DNA of 64,000 nt from an uncultured Aliarcobacter sp. (GTDB lineage Bacteria > Campylobacterota > Campylobacteria > Campylobacterales > Arcobacteraceae): NCBI GenBank assembly GCA_963677435.1, contig OY781945.1, positions 2,656,001-2,720,000 on the forward strand, written 5' to 3'. The position numbers and the translations under genes are program-made. Below, piece by piece: positions 61,536 through 64,000 of the stretch (position 1 is its first letter; the number at the start of each line of letters is the position of its first letter). The notes below the pieces were generated by a model that saw only the letters and a program-made list of their open reading frames with translations, did no database searches and was not told the origin of the DNA.

Positions 61536-64000
61536 CTATTTTTCTTTTAGAGATAGTTTTATTATGAAATTTGCACCCTCATGAGTATTTTCAACAATAA
61601 TTTGACCATTCATATTTTTTTCTATAATAATTTTAGACATATAAAGACCGATTCCTGTTCCTTGAACTTCATTTTTAGTTGTAAAATATGGTTCAAAAAT
61701 TTTATTTATTATCTCATCTTTTATTCCACAAGCATTATCTTTAATAGATATAAAAACAAATTCATTTTGAATTTTAGTTTCAATTTTTACAGTTGGATTT
61801 TCTATTTTATTCTCTACAAGTGCATCTTTTGCATTAGAAATTATATTTAGTATAACTTGTGAAAATTCATTTGGGAATCCTAAAACTTCTACTTTTTCTT
61901 TTTCGAAGATTTTTTCTAATTTTATATTGTGGTGCTCAAAAGTTGATTCAACTAAATCTATTGCATCTAATACACCTTTATTTATGTCAAAATACTCTTT
62001 TTCTTTATTGGGTCTAAAGAAATTCCTAAAATCATCAATTGTTTTTGACATATTATTAGTAAGAATATTAGCTTTACCAACAGTTCTATTTATTACTTCA
62101 TCATTTAATTCTCCTATTTCATAAGAAAATTTAAGATTTTGGAATACTAAACCTAAAGCATTTAATGGTTGTCTCCATTGGTGTGCAATATTACCTATCA
62201 TTTCACCCATGGCAGCAAGTCTTGTTTGTTGAATTAAAATTTGTTCTTGTTCTTTTTGTTTTAATTTCTCTTCTAAAACTCTTTTTTCTAAAGTTTCATT
62301 CAACTCTTTTTCTTCTTTAATTAACTCTTCAATTTTTGAAGCCATTTCATTAAAAGAGTTTTCTAATTGCCCTATTTCATCTTTTGAATTAACTTTAATT
62401 CTATAATCTAATTCATTATTAGAAAATCTTTTTGTTCCAATTAAAATATTTTCAATTTTTCTACTTAAATAACTAGACATTAACAAAGCAACAACAATAA
62501 TTAAGCCTATCATTGCAAAAGTAACTATACTTAACTCATTAATTAAGCTTTTTATGAATACTTCTATTTCTGATTGATTATAATTTACAATCTCTTCCAT
62601 ATTATTTGTTTGATTTTTTAATATTAAAGAGACATTTCTTTTTGTTTCATTTGCAGCTGCATGAAAATCATCCACACTAGCACCAATTGTTACAAATCCA
62701 AAACCTCTTTTGCTATTTGCATATTTTCCTGTATAGTATGGAATTGCTGCAGCAGTTGTTAATTTCCACACACCACTCCAATTTATAATAAATGAACCAT
62801 AACCACCATTTTGTGTTAATTGCATCCAACCTTCACATTGAGGTGCAAAATTAAGATATCTACAATCTAAACCAACATTTCCATCTTCTTTTAATTGTCT
62901 AAGATTTGGTTTTTTTGCTAAACTTTGGTTCTCAAAAACTGGATAATCTTTTAAAAAATCATTTATCTCTTTATTTGAAACATAATACTTTTCTGCAATA
63001 TCAGTACTTAGCCATGGAATAACTCTTTTTCCTGTATTTTTATCATAACCAATAATAGAATAATCTCTTGGATGTGAAATACTTTTTCCTTCATAATCCC
63101 ACATAAAAGCATAATTTCCATATGTTGCATCAGGGATATTTTGTTTTACTTGTTTTTCAGTAGGATTAGATGTATCGGTAAATTCTCTAATATGTCTATG
63201 ATCTAAAGCAATAGAAACATAACCAATTTTATTTCCATTATCAAATACAGGTGTTACAAATCGAATAATTCCATCAAATTTTTTCCCTAATGGATTTTCT
63301 AATCCAGCATATGCATATTTTTCTGGTTCAAACGCAATTCCAGCTTTTTTAGCTCTTTCTTTTGTAAAAGTCCCTATTAATTTTGTACCAACATATTCAC
63401 CAATAACATCCGAAACATAAATCTCTCCATTTTTTAATTTTGATATTTCATTGAAATAAGTTTCTGAACTCACATAAGTATTTTTCTTATCTGAAATATT
63501 AAATTTCTTTTCATTTATAGAAGATACCTTATATTTTTCATTTCCATTTAAATCAAAAAAAGTTATCTCTTTATAAATTGGTATCTCTTTTTTTGAAAAA
63601 TTTATTGGATCAATATAATTAAATTCTTTTCTATTATCAACTAAATTTGCTATTTTATTAGATCTTTGCTCCACTTTAAGATTTTCATTAGTTTTATAGC
63701 TACTACTGACATCATCATAATAGTAATCACCATGAACAGTAATATTTTTTCTTTTAGAATCATAAAAACCTTGTAAAATATTTTGATTTAAATTTAATTT
63801 AGATAAAAATAATATATCCTTATCTCTTTCATATAAGAAATCTGCAACATGATTAGCAATCTCATAAGTTACTTTTTCTAAAGCTTCTTGTGATTTTTTA
63901 TCAAGATTTTTTATACTATCATCAGCTGAAGCATTTGCTGTGTTAATTATAATTTCTTTACTTTGATTAAATAAAAATTTAGTACTTTTTATTAGATAAT
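61536..64000 (-). CDS. Sensor histidine kinase (large periplasmic Cache-like region, HAMP, HisKA, HATPase); 5' end outside the window
   Basis: Frame reads open toward the window edge; DEIGQL, MGEMIGNIAHQWRQPL, NAKDA, FEPYFTTK, GTGIGL. Confidence 0.9.
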   Translation of the reverse strand, partial: YLIKSTKFLFNQSKEIIINTANASADDSIKNLDKKSQEALEKVTYEIANHVADFLYERDKDILFLSKLNLNQNILQGFYDSKRKNITVHGDYYYDDVSSSYKTNENLKVEQRSNKIANLVDNRKEFNYIDPINFSKKEIPIYKEITFFDLNGNEKYKVSSINEKKFNISDKKNTYVSSETYFNEISKLKNGEIYVSDVIGEYVGTKLIGTFTKERAKKAGIAFEPEKYAYAGLENPLGKKFDGIIRFVTPVFDNGNKIGYVSIALDHRHIREFTDTSNPTEKQVKQNIPDATYGNYAFMWDYEGKSISHPRDYSIIGYDKNTGKRVIPWLSTDIAEKYYVSNKEINDFLKDYPVFENQSLAKKPNLRQLKEDGNVGLDCRYLNFAPQCEGWMQLTQNGGYGSFIINWSGVWKLTTAAAIPYYTGKYANSKRGFGFVTIGASVDDFHAAANETKRNVSLILKNQTNNMEEIVNYNQSEIEVFIKSLINELSIVTFAMIGLIIVVALLMSSYLSRKIENILIGTKRFSNNELDYRIKVNSKDEIGQLENSFNEMASKIEELIKEEKELNETLEKRVLEEKLKQKEQEQILIQQTRLAAMGEMIGNIAHQWRQPLNALGLVFQNLKFSYEIGELNDEVINRTVGKANILTNNMSKTIDDFRNFFRPNKEKEYFDINKGVLDAIDLVESTFEHHNIKLEKIFEKEKVEVLGFPNEFSQVILNIISNAKDALVENKIENPTVKIETKIQNEFVFISIKDNACGIKDEIINKIFEPYFTTKNEVQGTGIGLYMSKIIIEKNMNGQIIVENTHEGANFIIKLSLKEK

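Noticed and set aside
399..62124. About 25 short (60-166 aa) alternative-frame or antisense ORFs in the ORF track, e.g. 399-581, 31810-32193, 55006-55506, 61581-61850
   Set aside because: All lie within or opposite well-supported genes and show no recognisable motifs; they look like shadow ORFs
1..64000. Phase-variable poly-G/C tracts, prophage genes, integrases, rRNA or tRNA genes
   Set aside because: None seen on reading; the long homopolymers are A/T runs typical of this base composition

Overview
Very AT-rich chromosomal window. Gene content and order (sppA-mqnF-aroQ / M24 peptidase-folK, CadF-like OmpA pair, MutS-HNH) point to Campylobacterota, most likely Arcobacteraceae; this is an inference. 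Contents in order: (1) 1-14.9 kb, an acetate/monocarboxylate island with three sodium:solute symporters, two DUF485 genes, two cNMP-CBS-nucleotidyltransferase (DUF294) + DEDDh exonuclease pairs, and ackA-pta-ackA; (2) 15-36 kb, mostly housekeeping genes, including tandem D-type and C-type mnmA behind a structured leader, and two palindromic non-coding elements after lepA; (3) 36.3-51.7 kb, two complete, divergent quinohemoprotein amine dehydrogenase (qhpADCB) operons that share one qhpFEG maturation set, with two AraC regulators, a porin and a conserved 29-bp promoter motif; one beta subunit looks like a lipoprotein; (4) 51.7-59.7 kb, a tightly coupled operon of K+ channel, RCK protein, DUF1538x2-PII fusion, thioredoxin, heme protein and MutS-HNH (MutS7-like); (5) leuA preceded by an unannotated Leu-rich leader peptide, then a partial histidine kinase. 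No tRNA, rRNA, CRISPR array or transposase was seen. All calls come from reading motifs by eye; no database searches were run.
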